64,000 nt of DNA from an uncultured Gammaproteobacteria bacterium (lineage in GTDB: Bacteria; Patescibacteriota; Patescibacteriia; Magasanikbacterales; GWA2-37-8), in NCBI GenBank assembly GCA_964596525.1, contig CAZQUL010000001.1:1276312-1340311 (forward strand). Direction: 5' to 3'. Under the pieces are notes generated by a model. The model searched no databases and was not told the origin of the DNA. It saw only the letters and a list, made by a program, of their open reading frames with translations. This document shows positions 34,894-44,815 of the stretch, piece by piece (position 1 is the stretch's first letter; each line of letters starts with the position of its first letter). The translations under genes and the position numbers were made by a program.

Positions 34894-36927
34894 TTAGCGT
34901 TCGCTCGTGAGCATGATTTCACGCTTGCCGTCGAAGTTGACGTCCGCGGTTGCAATGCGCACATCAGAGGCAGAGCCGAAGATGCCGCGCGTTTCGTACT
35001 CGTCGCGCTTTTTGAGGGACGAATTGAAGATCCGGATGAGTGGACGGCCGGTTTCGGGCAAGGTAATGATCTCGTCGCGCCCATCCCCATCCACATCACC
35101 CGCCGCCACCTGCACGCCATCGGCGTATTTTTTGTCGTACGGGGTGAGGCGCGCTACAGCCTTGTAAAGAAACCGGTCGTAGATATAGATTTCATTAGCG
35201 CGGCCTTTGCCGGTGCCAACTAAGAGTTCTCCGTGTTTATCACCCACGACATTACCAAACGCCAGGGTAAAACCACCCTGGTATTTTGACCCGAGCGGGG
35301 TATCGGTTTTAATCTTTTGCCCAAGATGGTTGTAGACAACAAGCCCGCTGCCGACTTCTTGGGCTACCGCGATAGCGAGTGGGTCCGTGGCTACGAGCCG
35401 CCCGACTGCCAGCCGGATACCGTAACGGTAATACGCGCCAAAAGGAAAATCTTTAAAAACAACGTTACCCTGCGCATCGAGCACCTTAAGCTCCGGTCCT
35501 TCGACAATGACTTTTTCTTCGGTACCATCACCAGTCAGGTCACCAATGAAAAGGCGGGCACCAGAAGCGACCGCGCGGTCTTCGACAAATATGCCATTGC
35601 GAGCACGGAACCCTTTAGCGTCGAAGAAACGGGCAAATGATCCGTTGGTAAAAACAGAATTACGCACCACTTCGAATGTCTTGAGCACAACGAGCCCGTC
35701 CTGCGCTCCGATAGTGACTGCATCAACAATACGGCCGCTATTGACCGTGCGATCTTGCGTGCCGAAAAGCGTTTCAAAGTCGCCTTGGAGATCGACTTTT
35801 TTCTGTTCGTTAGATGGATTAACGAGCGCTACGCCATTTTGAAAATCACGCCGCCATACCGCGGTTTCTGCGTAGTCGAGCGGCGTTTTAACAACCGATT
35901 GGGCATTGCCGCGCGGTGCGCCGAGCGAGAAATTGTATTCGTCATACCACCACAGCTGCGTATGATCGTTAGTACCGTAATCGAACGAAAAATATCCGTC
36001 GTGCATCAGCGCGCTTGCCAGACCGAAACGCATTTCGCGGTAATCGTTCTGACGCCCGGTATTTTTGGTATTGCTATTGAAAATAAGCAGTCGTTTGCCA
36101 GGTGTAGACACGTAGTCGCGGGCGAGACCCATAGTGTAGCGCCAGCCGAATTCCGGAAAATTCTCAAAGAGCGCAGCCTGCAAGTCAGTACGGTAAACGG
36201 AACTGCCTGCACCCGTGTTGCCCGCAACAAGAAAACCAGACGGCACGACGCGCCGCGTCTCGGCAAAAAGCGAGCGGTAACCTTCGCGCCAGGCTTCATC
36301 GCCGTTTAAATCTGCCCGGCCATCGCGATTGTAGTCGGCCTGTCCTTTAGTGAACCATTCAACGTCTTGCCAAACGTTATCGTAAAAAACACCGTCCCAC
36401 ACGCCGGCAGTCGCGATTTCGCGTCCTACGAACTGGGCTAAATACGTGCTCCACCGGGTACCGCCGACGACCGGCGACGCAGCAGACATATTGAGCATGC
36501 TCGTACCCGGCCAAAAGGTGAGGCGGTTCTGGTTTGCGTCCGTGAGATACCATTCGGCAGCAATACCCTGCACGAGCTTGCGACGCATCGCGCTTGGGCT
36601 GGTAGCCGCATCATTAGCAATTTCTTGCGAGGTCACGTAAGCGAGCAAAATAATGGACGGATTAAGCTCACGCAATTTTTTAAGCTTTTCGGAATTGCGC
36701 GCCTGGTTTTCCATGTCGAGAATAACGATATCCCATTTGGCAAGTTCGGGCAGCTGATCATCGCGCAAATCCCACGCCAAAAAATAATTAGCAAGCCGCG
36801 GCGCGGTATGGCCTGGACGGAGCGGAGCCGCACGGGTAGCCAGCGGCGAAAAAAGTAAAAAAAGACTTGCGCAGGACGTAGCAAGAAGGAGAACGGTGTA
36901 AATTCGCTGGAAAAATCCTCGCATCAT
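34894..36927 (-). CDS. secreted protein: N-terminal glycoside-hydrolase-like domain plus C-terminal FG-GAP/VCBS-type repeats
   Basis: 677 aa; signal peptide LLLATSCASLFLLFSPLATRAA; C-terminal repeats GDLTGDGTEEKV, GDVDGDGRDEII, DVNFDGKREIM. Confidence 0.45.
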   Translation of the reverse strand: MMRGFFQRIYTVLLLATSCASLFLLFSPLATRAAPLRPGHTAPRLANYFLAWDLRDDQLPELAKWDIVILDMENQARNSEKLKKLRELNPSIILLAYVTSQEIANDAATSPSAMRRKLVQGIAAEWYLTDANQNRLTFWPGTSMLNMSAASPVVGGTRWSTYLAQFVGREIATAGVWDGVFYDNVWQDVEWFTKGQADYNRDGRADLNGDEAWREGYRSLFAETRRVVPSGFLVAGNTGAGSSVYRTDLQAALFENFPEFGWRYTMGLARDYVSTPGKRLLIFNSNTKNTGRQNDYREMRFGLASALMHDGYFSFDYGTNDHTQLWWYDEYNFSLGAPRGNAQSVVKTPLDYAETAVWRRDFQNGVALVNPSNEQKKVDLQGDFETLFGTQDRTVNSGRIVDAVTIGAQDGLVVLKTFEVVRNSVFTNGSFARFFDAKGFRARNGIFVEDRAVASGARLFIGDLTGDGTEEKVIVEGPELKVLDAQGNVVFKDFPFGAYYRYGIRLAVGRLVATDPLAIAVAQEVGSGLVVYNHLGQKIKTDTPLGSKYQGGFTLAFGNVVGDKHGELLVGTGKGRANEIYIYDRFLYKAVARLTPYDKKYADGVQVAAGDVDGDGRDEIITLPETGRPLIRIFNSSLKKRDEYETRGIFGSASDVRIATADVNFDGKREIMLTSER

Positions 36928-36960
36928 AACGGCCTAATCTACCCAAAAATACTCTTTTTG

Positions 36961-38025
36961 TCAATCATTCACCCCCGCCACGCGCTCATATACGCTTTCA
37001 TGCAAGCGCGCAACCGCGGTAATAGAGCAACGCTGGCTGCGCACACGAGCTGCTTCGCCTTGCCCACACAGTGCATCCCAATGTTTGTGGTACCAAATTA
37101 TTTTTTCTGCCAGCTGCGAGGTATTTTCTACCTCAAACAATGCGCCGGTAATGCCATCTTCGACGAGCTCGGTGAGCCCTCCGGTGCGGGCAGCGATAAC
37201 CGCGCGTCCGGCTGCCATAGCTTCCATAACCACGATACCCAAACCTTCCCAACGCGAAGGAGCAATGAGGAGATGGTGTGAGGTGAAAAGTTCGGGGATG
37301 GCTAAGCTGGTGCGCACGAAGTTAATGCGGTCTTTGAGGCCGAGTTCTTGGGCAAGCGCAGCAAGAGGTTCGTACAACTCACCTTCACCCACGCAGGTAA
37401 GCTGCCAATTGCCCGGCACATGCGCCAAAGCTTTGAGTGCAATGTCATAACCTTTCTGCTCAGTGAGGCGGCCGATCATAAGAAGTTTAAAGAGCTCAGG
37501 CGCAGCTGCGGGAACCGGAGGAACACTCGCGAAACGTTCGGTGGAAATGCCGCACCGGACAGTGGTAATGGGGGCGGTGATACGGTAAAAATCCTTCATC
37601 CAAACATGGATTGCCTCAGAGGTGGCGAGGTACGCAACGCTCAGATGGCACAGTTTTCGTTTGAACCACCCTTTAAGAGCAGATTCAGGGCGCACGTTAT
37701 GCTCGGTGGAAACGGTCGGAATACCGGCAAAGTACGCAGCGATGCGACCCCATGCATCTGCGCCAAAAAGATGGGTGTGTACAATGTCGGGCTTGAGTTT
37801 TTTAAGGAGATGGTAGAGCGGAATGATTTTGAGGGGACCGAAACCGCGGACGTCGTAGACGGCGGCATGCCGGCCGAGTTCGGGTGCGAGCGGACGGTCG
37901 GGATGAAAAAGAATGACACTCGAGCGAACGAGAGCCGGGTCGAGATGGTTAACAACATCAACGACATTGCGCTCCGCGCCGCCAAAACGCAGCGACGGAA
38001 TGATCTGCACGACATGAATGGGCAT
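36961..38025 (-). CDS. family 4 (GT-B) glycosyltransferase
   Basis: 354 aa; MPIHVVQIIPSLRFGGAERNVVDV... N-terminus and C-terminal EGLGIVVMEAMAAGRAVIAARTGG (E-x7-E region). Confidence 0.8.
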   Translation of the reverse strand: MPIHVVQIIPSLRFGGAERNVVDVVNHLDPALVRSSVILFHPDRPLAPELGRHAAVYDVRGFGPLKIIPLYHLLKKLKPDIVHTHLFGADAWGRIAAYFAGIPTVSTEHNVRPESALKGWFKRKLCHLSVAYLATSEAIHVWMKDFYRITAPITTVRCGISTERFASVPPVPAAAPELFKLLMIGRLTEQKGYDIALKALAHVPGNWQLTCVGEGELYEPLAALAQELGLKDRINFVRTSLAIPELFTSHHLLIAPSRWEGLGIVVMEAMAAGRAVIAARTGGLTELVEDGITGALFEVENTSQLAEKIIWYHKHWDALCGQGEAARVRSQRCSITAVARLHESVYERVAGVND

Positions 38026-38026
38026 A

Positions 38027-39472
38027 CTACGGGGAATCAGACGAAGAGCTTAGTCGATCCAGATACCGCGCCGCGAGGGCAACGCCGATCGGCATCCACA
38101 TGACACTCGTAAAATACGATGTATTGAACAATTGAAATGTAACCGCACCAACGACCATAACAAACATCGCCAAAGCGCGGGAATGAGGGGCGTCTCCATC
38201 ATTCGTGCGGCGCGGATAGATGGTTATGAACAAAGCGATAAGTGCTAAGAAGAAAACCACTATACCGACAATCCCCTGTTCCAAAAGGACTTTTTGGATA
38301 AAACCATGCGATTCAAGAGCCTCCCCGAATTCAACTACGTATTCATGGGTATTTTCGAAAATGGGAATATACATCCCTGGCCCATGCCCGATAAGCGGCG
38401 AGCGCCAAAAATAAAAAGCGGCGATTTCGGTCGTGAGTATGCGGGCGAAATTGGAGCTCGAGACGATGGAGGAGCGCAAGAAAAAAATCATGTATAGCAA
38501 AAGCGCACTCCCCACCGCGACGAGCGGACCAATAAGGTATGTGCCGATTTTTTCCCACACTATTTTTACCGCCGAACGTAAAAGGAAGGCCGCAACAACG
38601 GCCTGCACCGCCAAACTTATCCAGCCGGCGCGCGATAGCGTAAGCAGTTCTGCTACTACCATAAGCACGGTACCAAGCGCCAAGAACGGCGCGGTTTCGC
38701 GGTTCTCTCGGTACGCTTCCCATGCTTTCCAGATACCGACGGGAATGAGCGCGACCAGCACTTCGGCGATAAGGTTGTGGTTATACCCAAGCGGGGCGAG
38801 CGAATTGATGCCATAGGGCGTAACGCGCCACCAGCCAGTCTGCGGCACGACGACAAGGGACGAAAGACCAAATAGAGCGATTCCGACACCAACCCCCCAC
38901 CAGATCGACAGCACCCGCTCTAGAACCGTCTTGGAATTAATGAGTAGTGGCGGCAAGAGACCGTAGAGCACAAACGTGAATGCGATCGGCCGCACTAGAT
39001 ACTTAAACGATAAACCGCTATTTCCCTCGTAAGCACCCAAAGCTGAAACCGCGCTCACAAGAATAAACAATGCGTACAGCCCGATAAACCACCGCGGAGC
39101 GTGCAGGCTCTTCCACTGCAACGGTAAGGCACCCACTAACACCGAAAGAACGACGCCAGCACCAACCATCATGGCTATAAAATCGATGAGCGGCGCGTTG
39201 ACAGACGAGAGATACGCAACATTGCGGGCAAAATCGTAGGCATTAAGGTAGATGAACCAATTGCTGAAAAAACAAAACAGGGCCATGAGATACACGCCCC
39301 AACGGATATTGAAAAGAAATACCCCTAAAAGAAGGCTACCAAGCAAAAAAATACCGCTATCAATGAACCATTCGCCGGGCAAGAAAAACGCCACAACGAG
39401 AGAGAGCGTGAGGAGAAGTCCGCCGTAGTAAACACGCTGCTGAGGAGTGATGGTGAGGACACGCCACGCCAT
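38027..39472 (-). CDS. O-antigen ligase/polymerase-like (Wzy_C family) membrane protein
   Basis: 481 aa, about 10-12 TM helices; LTLSRAGWISLAVQAVVAAFLL loop characteristic of O-antigen ligase-like proteins. Confidence 0.65.
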   Translation of the reverse strand: MAWRVLTITPQQRVYYGGLLLTLSLVVAFFLPGEWFIDSGIFLLGSLLLGVFLFNIRWGVYLMALFCFFSNWFIYLNAYDFARNVAYLSSVNAPLIDFIAMMVGAGVVLSVLVGALPLQWKSLHAPRWFIGLYALFILVSAVSALGAYEGNSGLSFKYLVRPIAFTFVLYGLLPPLLINSKTVLERVLSIWWGVGVGIALFGLSSLVVVPQTGWWRVTPYGINSLAPLGYNHNLIAEVLVALIPVGIWKAWEAYRENRETAPFLALGTVLMVVAELLTLSRAGWISLAVQAVVAAFLLRSAVKIVWEKIGTYLIGPLVAVGSALLLYMIFFLRSSIVSSSNFARILTTEIAAFYFWRSPLIGHGPGMYIPIFENTHEYVVEFGEALESHGFIQKVLLEQGIVGIVVFFLALIALFITIYPRRTNDGDAPHSRALAMFVMVVGAVTFQLFNTSYFTSVMWMPIGVALAARYLDRLSSSSDSP

Positions 39473-39527
39473 ACAGAGTAGAAGTGTTAAGCACGTTCAT
39501 AGTATCAATAAATTACTGTTCGGACAA

Positions 39528-39565
39528 TAAAAAAGACCCCTTCCGCTCAAAAGCGGTAAAGGGTC
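39528..39565 (-). terminator. rho-independent terminator of the third high-GC lipoprotein gene
   Basis: Nested hairpin CCCTTCCGCT-caaa-AGCGGTAAAGGG followed on the minus strand by TCTTTTTT. Confidence 0.55.
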
Positions 39566-39629
39566 CGGTGTGCAGACTCCCCAGTCTGCACGGACTACGC
39601 GTCACGCACGGGGCCGGTGCTGCGGGTTG

Positions 39630-40226
39630 CTACTGGCAGCCGCCGAGGATGCCCTGGATGAACAGGTTCACGATCGTGCTGCCGCCGGTGTACGTGATCT
39701 CGGGCAGCGCGCCGAGCTGCTCGCCGTTGACCTCGACGGTCACGAGCTCGTTGTCGTGCGGGCTGCGGCCCGGGATGCCCGCGGTGAGACCGGACTTGAG
39801 GTCCACCTTGAGCTGGATGCCCTGGGGCACCAGGCCGGCCTCGATCTTCTTGCCGCCGACGGTGTCGGTGGTGGTGATGGCCGCGAGGCACGCCACGCTG
39901 GGCAGGGCGAAGATGGCCGGGGCCGCCTTGCTCGCCGCCTTCTTCTGGACGCCGGAGTCGCCGAGCGCGCTGACCGCCGTCGAGTAGTACATGACGGTGA
40001 TGTCGACGGGCACGGCGCTGAGACGCGGGGTGACCTTGAGGTTGATCGCTCCCGGCGCGGCGACGGTCAGGTTGCGGGCGATGTTGTCGGGCGCGGGCTG
40101 CTGGGCATCCGGGTTGGGGTTGTTCGGCAGCGGCTGGGGGGCCGCTTCGGTGCCGCACGCGCCCACGAGGGCGAGGACGGCGGCGCCGAGGCCGAAGTTG
40201 AGGAACGAACGGAGGGAACGGTTCAT
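39630..40226 (-). CDS. third G+C-rich lipoprotein gene (hypothetical)
   Basis: Start at MNRSLRSFLNFGLGAAVLALVGACGTEA (lipobox LVGAC) with AGGAGAA RBS; coding region very G+C-rich vs flanks; the overlapping 250-aa and 254-aa ORFs in other frames are Arg/Gly/Pro-rich artefacts. Confidence 0.6.
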   Translation of the reverse strand: MNRSLRSFLNFGLGAAVLALVGACGTEAAPQPLPNNPNPDAQQPAPDNIARNLTVAAPGAINLKVTPRLSAVPVDITVMYYSTAVSALGDSGVQKKAASKAAPAIFALPSVACLAAITTTDTVGGKKIEAGLVPQGIQLKVDLKSGLTAGIPGRSPHDNELVTVEVNGEQLGALPEITYTGGSTIVNLFIQGILGGCQ

Positions 40227-40585
40227 GGGTCTTCTCCTGTGCACCTCGCTGTCGGGTGCGTTGACAGAAAATACGGTAGCAGAAGAAGGTCTTTTTGTCA
40301 AGTATTCTATGGATATCTTTGAGGTCGATTTTTTGAAGTTTTCTACAGTCAAACTTCATCTTTTATTTATCTTCCACAGCAGACCCTTTACAACGTTTTT
40401 TTATGGTGTAGGTTGTTTCCTAAGGGGGACGCGCTGCTGCATGTTCGGCAGTTTTTTTGTTGCCCTCAATTGGCTCGTTGACAACTCAACCCAAGGAGCT
40501 TGTTATGTCTACTACCTTGCCTCGTGCTACACTGCCTCCAGAATCTAGTCACCCTGCCACAACTCGTGGCGCTAAGGAGAATCCT

Positions 40586-41254
40586 ATGAAAACTTCTTCT
40601 GCTCATCTGCGTACGTTTCTCATCACTCTTGGTCTTGGCACCCTTGCCCTCATGGGCATGCGGTGTAATGGGTTTACCCCGGGCGGCGAAGCGTATCCGA
40701 AAGCTACGACGAGTATTCCGAGGTATACGTACAAGACGGTGATAGGTAAAGTTACTTGGCCGTCTCCGAATTCGATTGACCAGCAAGCGCTTGCCGCCAT
40801 TCCATCGGCGGAGCGAGAGAAACTCAAGCTCTCCGGCGTGCCGGTGTTGGTGCCGAGGGATCCGAAGTTCCTCAAGACAGGAATTATGATAAATCCTACG
40901 GAAACAGGCTACGCTTTTGGACCTGCTGACTGGGTAGAAGGGATAGATACGACAATAAACGGGGGTCGTATTGGCGATACGTCCGACGCCCCAATCTCAA
41001 CTAACGCGTATGAACAAAGTTCTAACAGCGTCAAAGTTGGTGAGTTTAATGTCGTGTTTTATCAGAACGAAGCTGGTACATGGTACGGAACCTGGGGTGC
41101 TTACGGCGATATGGGCTATCTCATGAGTTTTAGATGTCGAGATCGCCAGGATTCCCGTTGCGCTAACGAGAGCCAGCTTAAAGAGCTTATAAGAAATCTC
41201 GTCTTCGTTGGTGGCAACTTTATCCCTTACGAAACCACCATCCTCGACCAGTAA
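40586..41254 (+). CDS. hypothetical secreted protein
   Basis: AAGGAG 6 nt before the ATG at 40586; MKTSSAHLRTFLITLGLGTLALMGMRCNG signal peptide. An alternative start at 40505 also has an RBS. Confidence 0.5.
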   Translation: MKTSSAHLRTFLITLGLGTLALMGMRCNGFTPGGEAYPKATTSIPRYTYKTVIGKVTWPSPNSIDQQALAAIPSAEREKLKLSGVPVLVPRDPKFLKTGIMINPTETGYAFGPADWVEGIDTTINGGRIGDTSDAPISTNAYEQSSNSVKVGEFNVVFYQNEAGTWYGTWGAYGDMGYLMSFRCRDRQDSRCANESQLKELIRNLVFVGGNFIPYETTILDQ

Positions 41255-41275
41255 CCACAAGAAAGAGAGTGTGTC

Positions 41276-43162
41276 ATGAAAAAGATCGCTGTGGCTCTGT
41301 CGGTAGGAACTGCCACTATCTTTGGCGCCTTCTTTGCCCTCAACAGGGTAGAAGCCCAAAGTGAAACCCAAAAACCTGTCTTTAGCTACTACCCACCTGG
41401 TAGCATTGAGCCTAAGAGTGGTGCTGGTGCTAAACCTGAGTTTCAGCTTAGCACCGGCTATGTCGATTATACCGTTCATGCTCCCGGTATTGGTTTCCCG
41501 CTTAAGCTACCTGCCTTCCCTAACTCTCAAGTATATCGTCCTGGGGGAGAATTCTATGCCTTAAAAGGCGACGGAAAATGGCAGTGCGACAAAAGCAACT
41601 ACAGCTATCCGTGGCGGGACAACTATTGCGAGAAACGATCGTGGGATGTTGATGACTGCCAGGGCGGTCATGGGCACCAGGGACAAGACATCCGGCCTTC
41701 GACATGTGTCACTGATACGCACGAAGTGGTGGCGGTAGAGGATGGTGTCATATCTGAAATTCCTGCGCTGGGAGAGCTTTATGTCAAAAGTATCGACAAT
41801 AAGCGTCTCTACGACTACTTCCATATGGAGTTCGTCCGTCACAAGGTAAAAGATAATGGCGGACTGCTTTTGGACGCTAAGGAAAACCCCATAGAAATAC
41901 CTGGGACGAGGGTAAGTTTCAAGAAGAATGATCCTATAAAAAGAGGCCAGATACTTGGTTATGTTTCCACTTTTTCGGGTGGGAGTAGAGATGTCACTTC
42001 TCGTCATCTGCACCTCGCTCTTAGAAAGCACAGGTACGACAGCAGCGGAAAGATTCTGTACGGTGGCGCTTTCTTCTACCACTCCCCCTACATGTCCCTC
42101 GTCCGCGCCTATGAAGCAGCTCTGGGAACTGAAGGTGTAATGCTTTCCGCCCCGGTCATCTGCAAGGCCGGCACCGCTCGTTGCACCGATACGTCGATAG
42201 TTTCCTGCAACAGCGACGGAACATCGGAGAACTTGACTCCCTGCAAAACCACAGCGTGCAAGAACGACGTGATCTGCAAAACCGGTGTCGCCGATCCGCC
42301 GCCTGCCAAACCTCCTGATCTTTCTCTCCCGCCACCCAAAGACATGCCCACCCCACCACCCCCACCCGACCTCACCCCGAGTTGCCGACCTGAAGCCTGC
42401 ATCTGCGGGTGCGGTGGTGCCACGTGCCGTGCACAATCCTGTACGCCCTACTCCACCTACTGTGCCGATTCATCGCGCCTTTTCCAGTGCGCCAACGACG
42501 GATGCTCCTTTACGTTCACGCCCTGTCCGTATGGTTGCAGTGGCAATGTCTGCAAAGACAGCTCCGGCATGGTGCCAGACATGTCCATGCCTGTCCGTGA
42601 CATGGCTGGAGTGGATTTAGGTCGTCCGACCGAGATTTGCAATGGAATCGACGACGACAGCAACGGCATTATCGACGACAGGACGGAGTGCTGGACGTGG
42701 ATCACCCGCTTCAAAGATCCCATCACCGGGGCACGCTGTTACGGCGTTGGTTCCACCCCTCCGTTTGCCTGCGCAGCGTATGACCGCGAGTTCACCTTGT
42801 TTGCGGTTCCCTCTGTCGCCTGGAGCGACGGTAGCAATGCTCTCTGGGTACAGTGCAGCCGCGGCATCGACCACGTCATTACCAAAAAAGACGGTGGTGA
42901 GCGAGTGGCACTCGAAGGGCTCGGGTGGAACTGTTTCCTGGAGTTGGGATATTTCTTCAACTCGGGGATGGGTCCTCGAACGCCTAAGCGCACACCGTAT
43001 GCGAACACGTGTCCGCTGTACCGGCAGCGTTTTTCTACCTCTGGCTCACAGTCGCATCTTTTCACGCCCTTCTCAGAATCTGTCACCAGTGCGGTCTGCG
43101 AACCGCCGGCCCGGGCTGATGTGGTGGCTGTGAGCTCGTGTGGGTTGCCGGTGGGGTGTTAG
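41276..43162 (+). CDS. secreted M23/LytM-family metallopeptidase fused to Cys-rich domains with a MopE-like CxxGxDDDxNGxxDD motif
   Basis: 628 aa; signal peptide; M23 blocks GHQGQDIRP...HEVVAVEDGVI...GQILGYVS...HLHLAL; Pro-rich linker; 30+ Cys; TEICNGIDDDSNGIIDDRTEC. Confidence 0.65.
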   Translation: MKKIAVALSVGTATIFGAFFALNRVEAQSETQKPVFSYYPPGSIEPKSGAGAKPEFQLSTGYVDYTVHAPGIGFPLKLPAFPNSQVYRPGGEFYALKGDGKWQCDKSNYSYPWRDNYCEKRSWDVDDCQGGHGHQGQDIRPSTCVTDTHEVVAVEDGVISEIPALGELYVKSIDNKRLYDYFHMEFVRHKVKDNGGLLLDAKENPIEIPGTRVSFKKNDPIKRGQILGYVSTFSGGSRDVTSRHLHLALRKHRYDSSGKILYGGAFFYHSPYMSLVRAYEAALGTEGVMLSAPVICKAGTARCTDTSIVSCNSDGTSENLTPCKTTACKNDVICKTGVADPPPAKPPDLSLPPPKDMPTPPPPPDLTPSCRPEACICGCGGATCRAQSCTPYSTYCADSSRLFQCANDGCSFTFTPCPYGCSGNVCKDSSGMVPDMSMPVRDMAGVDLGRPTEICNGIDDDSNGIIDDRTECWTWITRFKDPITGARCYGVGSTPPFACAAYDREFTLFAVPSVAWSDGSNALWVQCSRGIDHVITKKDGGERVALEGLGWNCFLELGYFFNSGMGPRTPKRTPYANTCPLYRQRFSTSGSQSHLFTPFSESVTSAVCEPPARADVVAVSSCGLPVGC

Positions 43163-43277
43163 GTTAGAGCTTTCCTTGATCTTGACCATCCTGTTGTGGG
43201 GTGGTTTTGTGTTATCCGATTTCCTAGCTTTTTTTGCAGTTGCACATTTGATTTTCTTCTTGTAGGATACGTCCGTT

Positions 43278-44732
43278 ATGGCCTACGGAAATTCTGAACT
43301 CATCGATAAAGTCCCGCCCCAAAGCCTGGAAGCCGAAATGTCATTTCTCGGCTCGCTTTTGATTGACAAAGAAGCGCTCCTCAAAGCCGCGGATTTGGTG
43401 AAGCCGAACGATTTCTACAAAGACGCACACGCGACTATTTACGAAAGCATTTTAGAGCTCTACGACAAAAGCGAACCGATCGACCTTTTGACGCTTGCCA
43501 ACCGCCTCACGGAACGCGGCGTGCTCGAAGCCGTGGGCGGGCGCAACTATTTGGCCGAGCTAACAAGCGCGGTTGCAACCGCCGCCAATGTAGTGCACTA
43601 CGCTTCGATCATCCACCGCAAAGCCACCCGGCGCCGCTTACTTTCGGCTGCGCACGAAATCAGCCGCTTGTCCTACCAAGAAGATTCCGAAGATTTGGAA
43701 ACGATTCTCGATGAAGCGCAACAACATCTCTTCGGTGTATCGCAAACGCACTTCAAACAGGCGTTCACCCCGGTGCACAGTGTGCTTTCGGGCGCGTTTG
43801 AGCGTATCGATGAACTACACCGCAACCAGGGCAAGATGCGCGGTATTCCAACCGGTTTCCGTGAACTCGATTACAAACTTTCGGGTTTGCAGAGATCCGA
43901 TCTCATCATCATCGCCGCGCGTCCCAGTGTGGGTAAAACCACCTTCGTGATGGACATGGTGCGCCACATCGGCTCCCGTGAAAAAATCCCGGTCGGCGTG
44001 TTTTCACTCGAAATGAGCAAAGAACAACTCGTCGATCGTATGTTATCCTCGGAGTCGAACGTGGATTTGATGCGCATCAGAAATGGACGTCTTAATGACG
44101 GTCCGGATTCTGATGATTTCGCACGCATCGGTCATGCCATCGGAACGCTTTCGGAAGCACCCATTTTTATCGATGATTCTCCGAGCACAAACATTATGCA
44201 GATCCGCACCAAAGCACGCCGTCTGCAGAGCGAGCACGGGCTTGGACTCATCGTCATCGACTACTTGCAGCTCATGGAATCCCAAGGGGACATTGAAAAC
44301 CGCGTGCAAGAAGTTGCCAAAATCACCCGCGGCCTGAAAGGCATCGCCCGTGAACTCAACGTTCCGGTCATCGCCCTTTCACAGCTCGCCCGCGCCGTGG
44401 AACAAGAAAAACCGGCCATCCCCAAACTCGCCCACCTGCGTGAATCCGGTTCGATCGAGCAGGACGCGGACATTGTCATCTTCCTCTACCGCAAAGCCGC
44501 GGACCGCAACTACCAACTCGACAGCATTCCACCCGATGAACGCCGTATCGCCGAAATCCACATTGCTAAACACCGTAACGGTCCGACCGGCGTAGTGAAA
44601 CTTCTTTTCAACGACGCGTGCGTCTCGTTCCGCAACCTAGAAGCGAACATGAACATTCCGGATGCTGGCGGGGCGCCGCAGGGCGGACCAAAAGCGCTCA
44701 AACCCAAATCAGCGTTTACGAAGGCAACCTGA
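43278..44732 (+). CDS. dnaB: replicative DNA helicase DnaB
   Basis: 484 aa; PQSLEAEMSFLGSLL N-terminus, Walker A ARPSVGKTT, Walker B LIVIDYLQLM, arginine finger region. Confidence 0.95.
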   Translation: MAYGNSELIDKVPPQSLEAEMSFLGSLLIDKEALLKAADLVKPNDFYKDAHATIYESILELYDKSEPIDLLTLANRLTERGVLEAVGGRNYLAELTSAVATAANVVHYASIIHRKATRRRLLSAAHEISRLSYQEDSEDLETILDEAQQHLFGVSQTHFKQAFTPVHSVLSGAFERIDELHRNQGKMRGIPTGFRELDYKLSGLQRSDLIIIAARPSVGKTTFVMDMVRHIGSREKIPVGVFSLEMSKEQLVDRMLSSESNVDLMRIRNGRLNDGPDSDDFARIGHAIGTLSEAPIFIDDSPSTNIMQIRTKARRLQSEHGLGLIVIDYLQLMESQGDIENRVQEVAKITRGLKGIARELNVPVIALSQLARAVEQEKPAIPKLAHLRESGSIEQDADIVIFLYRKAADRNYQLDSIPPDERRIAEIHIAKHRNGPTGVVKLLFNDACVSFRNLEANMNIPDAGGAPQGGPKALKPKSAFTKAT

Positions 44733-44815
44733 GAGAGACCTTAGACCTGAGACCCTAGACCTTAGGATACTTGTAATTCTAAGGTCTGAGGTCTAATATC
44801 TAATATCTTAAGGAT

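Noticed and set aside
39570-40359. 250-aa (+) and 254-aa (-) ORFs overlapping the third high-GC gene
   Set aside because: Arg/Gly/Pro-rich low-complexity translations in alternative frames of a G+C-rich region; the 199-aa lipoprotein frame is the only one with an RBS, signal peptide and sensible composition.
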